Source of the DNA: the human T2T-CHM13v2.0 reference genome, Homo sapiens
Direction: 5' to 3' (one strand)
Length of the DNA stretch: 64,000 nt
NCBI RefSeq assembly: GCF_009914755.1
Contig: NC_060925.1
Position numbers and translations under genes: made by a program. The notes under the pieces are model-generated. The model did no database searches and had not been told where the DNA came from. It saw nothing but the letters and a program-made list of their open reading frames with translations. Below, piece after piece: positions 11,701 through 58,949 of the stretch (position 1 is the stretch's first letter; every line of letters begins with the position of its first letter).

Positions 11701-12419
11701 ACTGCACTGCCATGTCTGCCCTTTTTTGTGGTGTCTAGCATTAACTTATTGTCTAGGCCAGAGCGGGGGTGGGAGGGGAATGCCACAGTGAAGGGAGTGG
11801 CAGAATCAAATTGCTACATAGTCCAAACAAAAAAGAAGGCTTTTTCAAAAAACATTAAATTCACATGCAGTCTCAGAGACTATTTAGACAAAGTTCAAGT
11901 TAGGAGCTTTTAGGATGTGGGAGTAAAACTTTAATGGGAGGGGAGGGCTGGCTGCTGGAAGAAGGAAGAAGCCAGACTGGTTAGACAGTACTCTTAACTC
12001 CTAGCCCAGCCTAGCGTGCCCTGCCCCTCTGGCCACTGCTGCAGACACCTGCCTTAACACACACACCTCTAGGACTCCACAGTTTTGCCTTAAAGGACCT
12101 TCCCAAGTCTCCCTTTCCCTGTCTGGCTTCTCCCTTAAGAAGAGAGAGATACTTGTAGAATTGGGTGGGGGGAATGAGCATGAACTGTCCTTCCATTTGG
12201 GATATGTTACATTAGAGTGAGAGAGAGAATAAGGAGCCTTTCTTATGGAAGAAATGGGAGAAGAGAGACAGGGTTCTTTTCAGCAGAGTCTAGTAGTTTC
12301 TCTGTAAGGCAAAATAATCTAAAAAGACTAACCTGCCCACCCACTCCTTATATTGCTGTGAGATTGCCCCTATCTTGTGCTCTTCTGTCTGCAGTGTGCA
12401 CGGCCTTGTTCTAACCCGG

Positions 12420-12425
12420 AATAAA
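12420..12425 (+). terminator. PEA15 distal poly(A) signal AATAAA (about 2.4-2.5 kb mRNA)
   Basis: Canonical hexamer at the end of the long 3'UTR. Confidence 0.85.
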
Positions 12426-12808
12426 GGTGATTGATTGTATTGCAACTAACTGATTTTAAAATTTCTGTGAGTGACCAGGATTTTGCAGGCTTTGAATCAC
12501 TGGGAAGGGAGGGGGAACAATATTTATGGCCCAGAATAAGGGCTGGGAAAATACCCCAAGTGTATACCCTCACCCCACCCAATCTCCTAAGTATCACTGA
12601 GCTAAATGGAGTGTATCCTACTTCCAACAGTCTCCAATTGGAGCCCAAGCACTGGAAATACGGGTCTCCCAAAATGGACTTTCTAACACTGTATCATGTG
12701 CAGAATGAGAGGGGAAGGCTAGGTACCTACATTAGTAGGAACAAAAACCATCCATTGTGAATAAATGGACCACATACCACACAGAGCAGCAGTCGGGAGA
12801 AGAAAAGC

Positions 12809-12814
12809 TTTACT
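12809..12814 (-). terminator. DCAF8 distal poly(A) signal AGTAAA
   Basis: Variant hexamer followed on - strand by GU-rich ctgtgtggtatgtggt. Confidence 0.6.
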
Positions 12815-13747
12815 GGGAGAAAATACAACAAATTCCAGAGTGCATGGTTTTTAGCCCACCCTATCACCCCACCAGCAATAGGAACACAGACCACTCGATC
12901 ACCACACATTCCCTACCTCAGGGAGTAAGTACAGCAGCCAACATCTGGTCTCAGAGCTGCTGGGAAAAGGGGCAGGAGGAAGAAGTATCTGGGAATACCA
13001 TTCTCTCACTCTTTTCCCCTCCTTCCTGGCCTGATTTAGAAGAATCTGACTGTCCCAGGATACAGAATTCTTGGTTGGATCTTGTGGAACTGGGGGCAAA
13101 AAAATAGCAGCAAAAGCACTTAAGGGCAAGAATTCAGCTGGGACTTTCAGACTCAGTGACCAGTGATAAGACAAGTGCCCAAGCTCCAGCCACTGTAATC
13201 AGTCCTTAGATTAATGACTTATTCCTCAATCCTAAAATATCAAGAGGTGGACAAGGTTTAAGTCAAACCCAGGAAGTCTTTCCCTTCACTCTTCTATAAA
13301 GAAGGGAACTGGCATGAAGTTGGATGGCTTAATGATCAAGCAGCTAAAGGTAAGAGAGACAGAGTGAGAGAGTGTGTATGTATGTGTGTGGTGTGTGTGT
13401 ACATGTCTTCTGTCACAAAGTACCACAATAGTCTGCAGTGGTGGCACCACCCTAAAGTAGTTAAGTTTTAAAGACAGGCCAGCCTCTGGTTAGAAGAGCC
13501 ATCCTTGGAACCCCCTACAAGACTTAAGGAGAGGTAGGAGATCTGAGGCAGAGCTGAGAGGAATTTCCTGTTTTTCCCAACCCCTACACCAAAGCAGGGA
13601 ACCAGGAAGGGCAGAAATGAGGATCCTTCCATTCTCAAGCCTCCTAAAACCTAAAGGGTAAGTCCCAATCTCTAGTGACCATACACAGAGGTAAACTGAC
13701 CCCAGGTGTCACTTCCACACCATTACTCTTGTTCACTCTTAAGTCCC

Positions 13748-13753
13748 TTTATT
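13748..13753 (-). terminator. DCAF8 proximal poly(A) signal AATAAA
   Basis: tttatt on + strand about 910 nt after the stop. Confidence 0.75.
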
Positions 13754-14664
13754 GCATTCAGAGAATATATAGGTATTTAAACTTTGACAATAATTTTACC
13801 TTGATACATCCAAGTTTGACTTGCTTTTTAATATATTTATAGATATAAAATTAGGCCTCTAACAGTGATAGGGACAGGGAGATTGCTGCCACCAAACAAT
13901 GTTTCTTAAAAAAATAACAGAAGAGGTAATATCCTTCCTATTCTTCCTTCACTTCTGCCCCTCCTCCCACCTCTTCCCAGCCTCCCTCACCTGACCTATT
14001 TAGGGGGTGATGGGATGAAGAGAAGAGAGTGAAGGATATGTAATCAAGTGCAAAATACTGTGGTAAGTACAGAGAATGAATAAGGTGGAAAGGAAAGTGA
14101 AGAGTGTGGGATGGTTAGGGGCTTTAAGGACTTCCCAGGAAAATAGGATTCTGGGATGGGGTTGCTGGGGGTGGGGGGGGAGCCAACTGTCATAAACTTT
14201 TAAAAAACAAAGGAAGAAAAGGTCAAAAACCTAAACCAAAGAGAGAGTGGCACTCCTACCCTCCACTCTGGCCCCTTGGTACTGAATAGCCAGTTGTTCC
14301 CCCCACCCCTCCCCCAGCCCAAGAAACAAGGGAGATTAAAGAAAAAGAAACCCCATTCCCTATCCCAAACCAGTTAACAAAATAGGCTTCCCTCTCCTCT
14401 CAAAAAGAGGCTTTGGGGAGAGGCCATTTCTGCCGAGTCCTATGCACCTCTCCATGGAGCCCCATTCCAGGGCTCAACTCCCATTCCTAGGTACTCTTTG
14501 TTGGTTCACTCCTCTGGTTTGTCCTTCTCCTGGGATGTCTTTCTTTTATCTAAAGCAAAAAGTCCAAAGTGCGTTTCTGCTGAATGTAGGGCCTGGGACA
14601 GGAAAGGGTTGCCCAGGCAGGATCAGGTTGGCAGCCCCAGCCTGCCCCACCTAGGTATGAGGCC

Positions 14665-41081
<26,417 letters not shown>

Positions 41082-41519
41082 CTTGAATGATGTTTGCTGT
41101 AGCCAGCCTGGGTTTGGGAGAGGAAGAAACCAAAACAATTAGGAAACCACCTGGGAAAGAAGACAATAGGGACAAGGAGATTTAACAATGTACAGGTTTT
41201 ATCATTTTTATAAAAATGATTTGTGTATGCATGCTTAACAGGTCTTCTCAGCTTGTGAAATTTTTTCTTCCTTATGTTTTCTTCCCTATGTTTAAAATCC
41301 ATATAATGATATATTTTTGGGGAGGTCAAGTGCCATCTCTTTACTTCACTCACTGAGTAACTGGCAGTGATTTTTCAGATGCGAAAGTGGGAACTAAAAT
41401 AAAACCTGGAACAGGAGGCACATATCAAATGACAGGTACTGCAAGCCAAGAGTCTCAACTCAATACATAAAGCTAACTTCAGCATTGCCCCCTAGGCAAG
41501 AATCTTCCAATGTAAATAA

Positions 41520-42021
<502 letters not shown>

Positions 42022-42883
42022 TTATAGAGCTGAAACTAGAAATCAGGAGCACCCTATCCCTAGGAAAGAAGCTTAAGTTGTTTTGTTTCCCTTAGGACTA
42101 ACAGTCAGAGTCTCTAAGCACAAAGACAAAGGTGGGGAAGAAAAAGGCAACATTTCCATTAAACCATCTCATCCCATTTCATATAATGGCAAACACTGTT
42201 TCACCTAACAGCACCAGCTTTCACCAGACTCATCTTTCCTTAACAAGGAATCAGGGTATCTAACTCACTTCCTTTTATGCCACTATAAAACATTCATATT
42301 TTTTTCAGAGCCTCACTGCCACCTCCAGTAAATTCCAAAGAGCAAAGAATAATATTATTCAGACCAGAATTTTATTAAGCCCTTTCAGTGACTTGGACAA
42401 AAGGCACTAGTAAAAGACAAAGTATAATTATGACCCCAGTCCTTGTACCCAGGCACACTGGCCTCTAATCTTTCAACAGCCCTTTCATTCCCATGACAAT
42501 TATTCCAGAAGCAGCCTCATCCTTATCTTTTCCTCCGCTACCCTCTATAGAAATCTAAGCTGCTTCATTAAAAGTATCCTCTGTCAAAAGACAGTAGCCC
42601 AAAGATTGTTCATAATAGGCCAAGGTGGGAATAGAAATACTGCAAGACTGGGGCTGAAGCTGACTGAACTTCAGGAAGGGACACCTGGAAGGGTGATGAT
42701 GAAAGACAATGGCAACAAAAAACAGATATGTGAAGCAACATGAAGAAAAATAGTGAGAAGCTGTTTGCAATGCATTTTGTTTTCCTCATTTTTGAGGTAG
42801 ACAGTTTTGTATAGCATTCCTCACACAGCACTTGTTTTTCCCTCTCAACAGTCCTTGTTTATATTCTTTAGAATAGGAGCCTA

Positions 42884-43228
<345 letters not shown>

Positions 43229-43589
43229 AAAAAAACTTATAAACTAAGGTAATAAGCAGACCAGTGTAACATGAAGAACAGATCTGATGTTTTCCCACCT
43301 CCATAATCAAAACTCTTTACCATACGTTTCACCCCACTATTATCCACTCCCAGAGAATTCAAAAGCAGCTGCAGAGAACCTCTCTCAAAACCAAGCATCA
43401 ACTCCTACAGGAGCCCAGACTGCCTGAACTTTTGACTCATAATTGCTCTAGAAAATACATGTGCACAGATGATAAAAGTAAGTAGAATTAAATGTCAAAA
43501 TTTCTGCAGAAGGATACTCTAGAGCAGTGGTCTCCAAACTTTGATTATGAACCTATATGAGTGAAAACTTTGAGCAGGAACCTGATGCT

Positions 43590-44052
43590 CACAGGTGTGG
43601 CATGCACCTGTAATCACAGCTACTCAGAAGGCTGAGAAAGGACTGCTTGAGCTCAGGAATTCAAGACCAGCCTGGGCAGAACTGTGAGACCCTTGTCTCT
43701 ATAAATCAGTCAAGGAGGCAGAGATGCTGTGCCCTAGGTGTCAAGTATAGGAGCCACTGAAAAATCTTTTCCAGCCAGGCACGGCAGCTCACGCCTATAA
43801 TCCCAGCACATTGGGAGGCCGAGGCAGGAGTTGGAGACCAGCCTGGGCAACATAAGAAGACCCCCGTCACTACAGAAAAGAAAAAAATCAGTCAGGCATA
43901 TGCCTGTAGTCCCAGCTACTTGGGGTAGGGCTGAGATGGAAGGATCACATGAGCCATAGAAGTTGAGGCTGCAGTGACCTGTGATTATACCACTTCTCTC
44001 CAGGCAGGACGACAGAGCAAGACACAGTCTCCAAAAAAATAAAAAATAAAAA
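43590..44052 (+). mobile_element. Alu monomer (43590-43700) and AluJ (43772-44052)
   Basis: TSD aaaaatcttttcca around the AluJ. Confidence 0.85.
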
Positions 44053-44614
44053 ATCTTTTCCATTACCAAAGAATACAGTCTTAACTTTATAAACTGAGGT
44101 CTGCAGAGAACATATTTGATTCAAATCCAAACTATCTTCTTCACTTTTCACTGTATTTCCAACAAATCCACTATTTTTACTTTGATCAACTTTCATGTAA
44201 AATCTAGTCCAAAGCTAATCTTGCTGAGGTTGGAAAAGCTGATGAGCTCACTGTCCCAGGTAGTTGGAGGAGTTTAATTAGATTAGCTCCACTGTTCCTA
44301 CTCTAAAAATAACCATAACTCCTGCCAAACTGAAGGTTAAAGAGTAACCCACTGGAGGGTGAGGAAAAAAGACCCAGGTGCCATTTTAATTTCACTAAGA
44401 AATTCCAGTGACCTAGATTTTTCTTGTCTTAATAAGAATAAAGCCTTAAATTTTTAACCAATTACATGACAAAATATTAACTAAAAACCAGGCAGAAAGA
44501 CTTTACTACGCTGGATAAGAGTACTCTGTAAAAGAGATACCAAGTGTCTCTTGTTTAAAACTACTGGGGCTGCTCTTTTCCTCTAATATGATGAAAGATC
44601 TGCATAAGAGACTA

Positions 44615-44840
44615 CGTATCCCTTGTCCGGTGTATCCTCTTACCCAAAATGCTTGGGGCCAGAAGTGTTTCAAATTTTTAAATATTTGCAATATACCAGT
44701 GGAGCATCTCAAATCAGAAAATTCAAAATCCAAAATGCTCCAACGAGTATTTCCTTTGAGCATCAAGTTGGCATTCGAAAAGTTTCAGATTTCAAAGCAT
44801 TTTAGATTTCAGATTTTTTAATTTGGGATGCTCAACTTGT
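44615..44840. mobile_element. Tigger4a/MER46-like TcMar DNA transposon relic
   Basis: aaatgcttggggccagaagtgttt...aaatccaaaatgctccaa...gggatgctcaacttg. Confidence 0.75.
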
Positions 44841-44849
44841 ACCAGAATA

Positions 44850-47588
<2,739 letters not shown>

Positions 47589-48555
47589 TCATGCAAATTG
47601 TTAAATGACATAATACCATTAAAAACACTAAATTCTCAAGGCTGTGATTAATAGAAGTTGACAAAAATGGTCAATATATCATAGCAAATGAGAGCATAAT
47701 GTCCAGACTTCTCACTTGAAAACGAAAGTGCTGAAAGGATTTTTGCTGCAACCAAGACTGCCTGTGTGATTTATCAGCGACCATATTAATGGCAAGATGA
47801 ATCCTAAATACATAAAAAGTCTACAACCCTATTGTCTTGGTGATAACTAAGAATAGCAGAAATTTAAGTAGCTCAAAGTTGTTCTTGTGGTTGTACTATT
47901 AATTTGTATGTTTATGCTCTTTATTTTTTTTAAATTTCTCTGAATTTCATTTTAAATCCTCTGGTGCCTAGGGTCTATGAACACTGGTCTGACAACTACC
48001 TTACCTTGAGCCCGATCGAAACATCAACGTGTAAATATTATTATTGTCCTTGATCCCTTTACTAAGACCTGAATTCGGTCTGTCAAATCTCATGGTTTAT
48101 ATAATCCCAGCATTCTCTCAAACCAGTGCCTGCCTCATTCTGCTACTCAAGTGCCCAACTCTCCTACATAAACACCCATATTTAAATGAGACAAGGTTTT
48201 AGAATTTCCTCTGAAAGAAGAAGGTGATAAGAAAATACTTCAATTATTATTAAGACAGAGAGCCACACAGTCCCAAGTTTCTCTTGGGAGGACAGATGTC
48301 CCATACCACTCATAAATGAGCAGCTGTTCAGGGTTGATCTCCATCCAAAGTACAAATTTGCTTTTCTAGGTCCCACAGTCCATCTGGTATCAACTAGTTC
48401 TACTTTCTCCACCTCCAATTTTTGTTTCCAAGATGAAATGGCTCATTTTAAGTTTATTTTACTTTTCTTAATATTTCTCCTTCACAAGAAACACTTACTT
48501 CTCCAAGCCTACTTGCCTTCCACACTCTAATAGCATAGTGGTTTTGCAGATGTTC

Positions 48556-48841
48556 TTTTTTTTTTAAGACAGGGTCTCGCTGTTGTCCAGGCTGGAATTC
48601 AGTAATGTGATCTCAGCTCACTGAAGCCTCGATCTCCCAGGCTCAAGTGATGCTCCCACCTCAGCCCCTCCAGTAGCTGGGACTACAGGTGCATACTGCC
48701 ACACTCAGCTAAATTTTTTGTAGAGATGGTGGTGGGGAACATGTTGCCCAGGCTGGTCTCGAACTCCTGGACTCAAGTGATCCACCTTCCTTGGCCTCCC
48801 AAAATGCTTGAGATTACAGGCACGAGCCACTGCACCTGGCC
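48556..48841 (-). mobile_element. AluJ
   Basis: Diverged dimer. Confidence 0.9.
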
Positions 48842-50291
48842 GTATAGTGTTTATTAATCAGAGAACCTCAGGCACTGAAACTCAAAGGATGACCCCAAAG
48901 AGGCTGAAACTCATTATATAAAGCATGTTTATGGTAGGTAGGACTTTAGTTCTGGGCTATTTTCTATTAAGTACTTGGAGGGGTCCAACATATGACACTG
49001 TCTCCTCTGGTAGGCTGGACAGATGAGCAGAAAGAAACTGAATGTTTCTGTAACAGAAAAATTAATCTCTATTCCTACTGTGCTGAAGATCTGACAGTAC
49101 AAACAACCCAACTGCAGAGAGACTCTAGCAGGTAGACTCTAGCTGGGAGTCTAGGCTACTCATTTTTATACAAATCACAAGCCTCTGGCACCACCCAGTG
49201 GCCTATGTGTAAGCAAACATGCTGTTACACAACAGCATTGGTACCAGGCAATTTAGAAGCTACAAATATAAACAAGGCAGTCACAATCCCATTTGTAGCC
49301 AATTAATCAATTAGGAAAAATGAGTGATACAAGAGATAAAAGTATCTATCATTTTTTAAAAAGATAAATAGAATGCTGTTGTGGTTGAACAGAGGAAAAG
49401 ATTATATTTAGTTTCAGGGAAAAACGAAATGCTTCCATGGAAAATTAGCTTTTAAGATGGGCTTTAAAAGACAGGCAGGATTTCAACGGGTAGAGTTGAG
49501 AAAGACATTCCACAGGACCAGAGCAAGAAAAGATATGGAGGTTAAAAACCTGACATGGTCAAGAAACATATATGGGTAGTCTACTTTGGCTAGATGGTAA
49601 GGTATAGTTGATTAGTTAAGAAGTATAATAAAAGCTTTGTTGTTGGGGGGCAGGCAGTCAGGCATCAGAGAAATTATTTTGTCAAAGATAATAAGATGGA
49701 CTGAAATGAAGGAAAAGGAAAGAGAAACAAGTTTAAAAGCTATTATAGTTGCCAAGATAAGAAGTAATGAGGGGCTGTCTTGGGTTGATGGCAAAAGGAA
49801 TTAAAAAGGGATCAACATGAGAATCGTTGTAAAGGTAGATAATGTTTAGCTCAATAAGCAGTTACAAAGCTGAGTTAAGAAGGACAAGTTCTTAGTCTGG
49901 CGCCCAGAGAAAATCAAGTGACACAAATGAGAAGCTGGCAGGTGGGATGAGAAATTATTCTGAATAAATTTAAAATCCAAGCCGACATGTTAGGAAGGTA
50001 CTGACGAACAAATTTAAGTTTGGAACTTAAATAAAGTAAGGCCAGAGATACAGACTTGTGAATTATCTGTACAGAGAAACTTCAAAATCAAACACCTTGT
50101 AAATCATATCTCACTAAAACAAACAATTAGTTACCTAAGAAGGCTCTGGGAGAGGATGTTCAAGGGAAGAATCTTGAGGAATACCTACCCTTAGAGAAGA
50201 GAAAGGAGAGCAGAGAGAAAAATTGAGAAGAACGAATAATCAAAATTAAACCTCTGGAAGTCAAGAATAAAAAGGTTTCAAGGTGAGGATA

Positions 50292-50975
<684 letters not shown>

Positions 50976-51114
50976 TCAAAAGGCTGTAAGAGTCAGAACA
51001 GCTTTTCCCCTGGAATTATCTCAGAGATTGAATGGAATGCTGATTTTCTCTCCAGTAAAGAATCATAAAACACTAGGATTCAGCTATCTCTTAAATCTAT
51101 AAAAATTATTTCCT

Positions 51115-51882
<768 letters not shown>

Positions 51883-52384
51883 GTCCTATTTTTAAAGACA
51901 GCATGTGTTATGAAAGAAAGAAAAGGGCTTTGGTGTCAAACAGACCTGGGTTTGAATTCTACCTCTACCACCTGCTTTTGAGTTTTTCTTTTGTAAAATG
52001 GGATAATATTACCACCCTGCAGGAATTTAGAGGATTAAAAATAATGTATGCTAAGAGCCTGTTTGTACATAGTAGCCATTTATATTATTTTTCTAGTTTC
52101 CCATCTCTATACCAGACTACATTTCCTAGAAAATCCTGGACCTCTTTACCACTCAGCAATGATTCTCCAAACATCGTATATAATATAGGACACAGTCCCA
52201 AGTCTATGAAATCTGCTTACCCTTTCTGGCGTTTTAAAGAATTCAGAGAGCTCCGTTAATATCTTCTTTCAAGTATTCATGTTCTACGAACTGCAGTAAG
52301 ACAATCTACCCAGGAACCCACAATATAAGCCTCCCTAAGTTTTTCTCCCTCTTTTAATTTTTAAAATAGATTTTTTTACTATTA

Positions 52385-53225
<841 letters not shown>

Positions 53226-54793
53226 AAGAGAACTTTCTATAAAAACATCCAGGACCATTTATCTCAGTTTAACTAATTCCTAGGGAAATCTACTTTTCAT
53301 TTTGTTTCCATCTCAATTTACATTTACATCAGAAGTCTGTTGCCATTAACAGTTTTTGCCATTTATATTTCAAATTTTTCTTAAACTGGAGAGGATTTAA
53401 GATGAAAAAATGATGCTCCCAAGGTACAACTTACAATAAAACATTAAAGAGAGGCTTAAAACCTCAAGAAGTGCCTTCCTACAGGTTAGGTTAGAAGAAA
53501 GGGTCTAATGTTGGATTCTAAGTAAGGTTAACAAAACATACCTGGTAATGTGGCAATCATTAAAGTACACCAGAGGAATACAGTAACTTGACTACCATTA
53601 GAGGTAAACCCTATAGTAGCTTTCCAGATGGCTAAGAAAAAGCCAGGAAGAAAAAAAAAAATGGCACGTGAGGCAAATATGTATGCTTCACTTTAGAACT
53701 TGGCCAGACTTCCTTAAACAGTAACTTCAGAGGATAAACAGCAAATATCTAATCTAAAATGTTTGCATTGACCCAATCCACTAGACATACTATTAATACA
53801 TTTCATTAATAAGATGACATCTTTGTCATATTAATTACTCCCCAATGCCCTATTGGCAACCTCAAGGCAGCCTCCGTTCATTAATTTATCTGTATCATAA
53901 CACATTCCTGGGGTTAGATGGTACTTGAGAAATCTGGCTTCTGGCCCAGGAACTATGTCCTACAGAGGTAGAGATAAAAAAAAACTGCTGCAAAGAAGTG
54001 ACTAATTCATAAAATTCATCACTCGCTAATTTTTGAAAAGCTTTCAAAGACTTTCTACTCACTCCAAGAGCAGAATGACTAAATCAATAAAGAGCAAGTA
54101 GCCTCCTTTTCTGACTGATTTTAACAGCAATGATGTTTCTTGGCTACATTTGTAAAAATAAAAGATGAAGTTTTTAATATTACTATAAAGCTAATCTAAA
54201 ACTCACTGGCTTTTGGCTCTAAAATGAAAATATACAAAGTCACTACCCCATGCCTATTGCTGATTCAATTAATTCAGTTGCCTGTGTTCCAAATAGGTGA
54301 GGGTAAACAGCAGATTATCTTAGCTCACTGATAATCTGCTTTAAAAAAAAAAAAAGCTAATTCAATCTCAGAGACTTAAAAACTAACTCTAACACCAATG
54401 TTATGCAATAAAAAGTCTGGTTTGGATACCGTTATTTCTCTTTTATAATCTGGATATTTCCTAGACATGTTTAGAATAAACTTTTATACAGTAGAAATAA
54501 TGGAGTAATGAATCTATCTACTGAAAGCATTTTAATAGTCACTTTATGATTTTAAAAGCCTATTACTCCCCTGATAGAATACAAGACTTAGAGCACGAAA
54601 CTCAAGATCCCAGTCTTTCACAACAGGGTGCGCTTCTATACAATGTCTCCTACTAGAATCTGTTTGCTTTTAAAATGCCAGTATTGTTTTAAACTGGCAA
54701 CAAAGAGGCTGCTTTCTTTCAGCTCTCTGTAGACAAGCTTCTGTCTTAGGTTGGTCCTACTCCACACTAAGGACCATGGCACTGGAACTGATT

Positions 54794-55840
<1,047 letters not shown>

Positions 55841-56326
55841 CTTTAGAAAGATAAAAAGTTTACAGTGTGGTCCACAGACTAGAAATACTGATTTACTACA
55901 TATAGATGTCACCTGGACATTCTTACCCAGCACATAAGGAAATAAACAGTCCAAGTTATCCCTCTTTCAAAGTATTTCCTTTTCTCCTCCCATCCTTTCC
56001 TTCACCCGACATGGATCTTCAGAGTTCATAAAAACACAAATGATACAAATGCAATCTCAACCCACCTCACCACCACCCTGGAGAATCCTTACCTTACAAT
56101 GGAGAATTTAGACCCTGGATGATGGTAATGAAAAGTTCATCAAACCTAAAATGGTCACTGGTCTGAATGACACAGCTGCTTTCATTGTGATATTATCAGT
56201 ACTTAATTTTCATGTGCCCTTGCCAAAAAGATACGAAAGAAAAGCCAACAAAAGGTTTAAAACTCTTCATCTGTGCTGTCATATTATTAAGACGGTCCAG
56301 CTGTGGAGCTGAAAAAAGAACTCTTT

Positions 56327-56659
<333 letters not shown>

Positions 56660-57179
56660 TCACTTTTAAAAAAAGAGACCTTTTCCTCATACAGTTCTTT
56701 GATAATTTGTTGATGAGGATCACTGTATAGCCCAACAAGAAGGAAAAAATGTATTCCCTTCATGGCAAAAAAGGAAAGTATAAAGAATAGTTGCAGTAGA
56801 AGTAAACAACATTGCAGCAGAGAGGGAAAGAATTACAACACGGCCAACTCTGATCAGGTGTGCTAACAGAGAGTCCAAGATGAAGGAACCAATGAACAAA
56901 AAAATTTACTGATGTTTAAGAATACATTTTGAAATATACATACACCAATATCTAATATTCTCTGTCCTCTGGTTATGAACCCCCACCAAGGGTTTCATGT
57001 TCAGAAGACAACTCTAGGTGGGCACTTACAAAGGACACGTCTAAGCTGACCAATTAAAAATCAGTTGGGAAAATTAACCAGAAAAATGTGTTCTAAGGCA
57101 AAATGTAAAAGAAGCATAAATTAACGTATAACTTATTCAAAGCTGTATCAATGATGTGCAAAAAAAAAAAACCAAAAAA

Positions 57180-57420
57180 CAACATTTTTTGAGTGTGTAC
57201 CACGTGTTCTTAGATTACTAAGAGCTTTAAATAGATTCCCTATAATACTAACAATGACCCTGGGAGGTAAGTGGTATTATCACACTTTTAGAGTTGTGGA
57301 AATTAAGAGTCAGAGAAGTTTAAGTAACTTGCTCAAGGTCACATGGCTAAGAAATATTAGTCTAGTATTTAAACCTTAAAATTAAATTAAAAGTCTGTCC
57401 AATCTCTAAAGACTGTACTT
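57180..57420 (-). mobile_element. MIR
   Basis: cagagaagtttaagtaacttgctcaaggtcacatggcta core. Confidence 0.7.
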
Positions 57421-58358
57421 TTCTCTTTATATCTTACTGATACACATATACACCATCACTAATAATTTTATTCCAGTCCATGATGAGCATTTTCTAATTC
57501 AGTCATCAGATGGAATAAAACTCACCAGTGTCACTCAATATTTTCCTACTACAAATCATAAAGATATTAGGAATTGGCCAGGCCTACCTTCCAGTCACTT
57601 AGCTTTTCTGTCACATGCCATGAGCCTCTAGTCTCTGCTACCAGAAACCTGAAAGCCTCACGAAAACTGCATTTATAAGTATGTTCTGACTCCCTTTTTG
57701 GCACCAACCCATGCTGCTGAATGCCCAGGATGTTTCTTCTGCTAACCAAGAATTCTTCAGACCAGCTACAAAAGAAAGAGCAGCCACTATTTTTTTTTTT
57801 TTTTTACAAAAAATTTCCCACTATATCCTAAAAAGTCGGAATTCTGAAATAGACTGGACTCAGACACCAACTAAAGGCAGCATCACTCATCACTCCCCAG
57901 CTTTTAGTCACAAGCAGCTAAATATTCTCCTCTAAATACCAAGGGATGACAACCCGAAGCTGTGAGAGGGGAAGAGACCTGATTTGACAACAGGATGAAC
58001 AGAACTCAGGCAAACTAAGTTCCAGTTTTTAACAACGTAAAAAATATGATCGACACAAAGACAAAATACAAGGAAAATGAATAAAGAAGAAAAGAAGACA
58101 TGGGGCAGGGGGCACACATTCACTTCTAGGCTTAAGTCATTTGGAGATACACAGCAATAGTTTAGGACAGAAAGACAAGAAGCCCACAGACAATTAAACT
58201 TGTAAAAGTAATTCAACCAGAGCTGGAACAAAGCCAAGAACAACACTCAAGCTCTTTGGGAAACTGGTAGGAATTTTATGACTTTAGTGGTCAGCAGTTG
58301 AGCATCAGCGCAGTCTGTCTTGAACTCAAGAATTTTAATGCCTCCAACTCCCACTCAC

Positions 58359-58432
58359 CTTTCCTCCTTTTATCACTGAAGTAAGGCCAGGCTGAGCTCC
58401 TGAGAAAATAGGTCTGTAGATTCACTGAAGGA
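58359..58432 (-). other. DCAF8: DCAF8 non-coding exon 2 (74 nt)
   Basis: Acceptor ttttaacttttctcag| and consensus donor AAG|gtgagt. Confidence 0.8.
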
Positions 58433-58949
58433 CTGAGAAAAGTTAAAATTTACATGGCAAAGGTGTGTCTTCTACTGAACATAATAAAAATATTTATGAA
58501 TACACTTTAGTATTTTTAGGCCTTCTCAAAACTACTTAAAAGCAGAATACTTTATCTAATTCTAATTACTGAACAAATAACCCACACACATATGGAAATA
58601 AAATGAACCAACATGAAGATTAGAAGCCAGGCAAGTAATCTCCCAGCTCCACTAAAACGTAAAGTCATTTAAAAGGATAACCTGAATCTTTTCAACGCTA
58701 AACCATAACCAAACAACCTCTCAACAAGAAGCCACAGAGCAGGGGGGGAAATCCCGGAGAGAATGTGATAGCGCTAGTGCCGGTTTGTTTACAGAGACTC
58801 CAGTAACAATCATGAGTCAGAAATTCAAGCCACCAGATGCTTTCCAACTAACAGGGACCAAATGGGACCGTTCTAAGATATCCTAAAAGATTTGGGAGTT
58901 AGAGGAGGTAAACTAAGATAATTATATTACAAAGGGTACAAGACCACAA

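Noticed and set aside
57480-57510. C-box-like ATGATGA suggesting a snoRNA
   Set aside because: On the strand opposite the host gene, with no convincing D box or terminal stem
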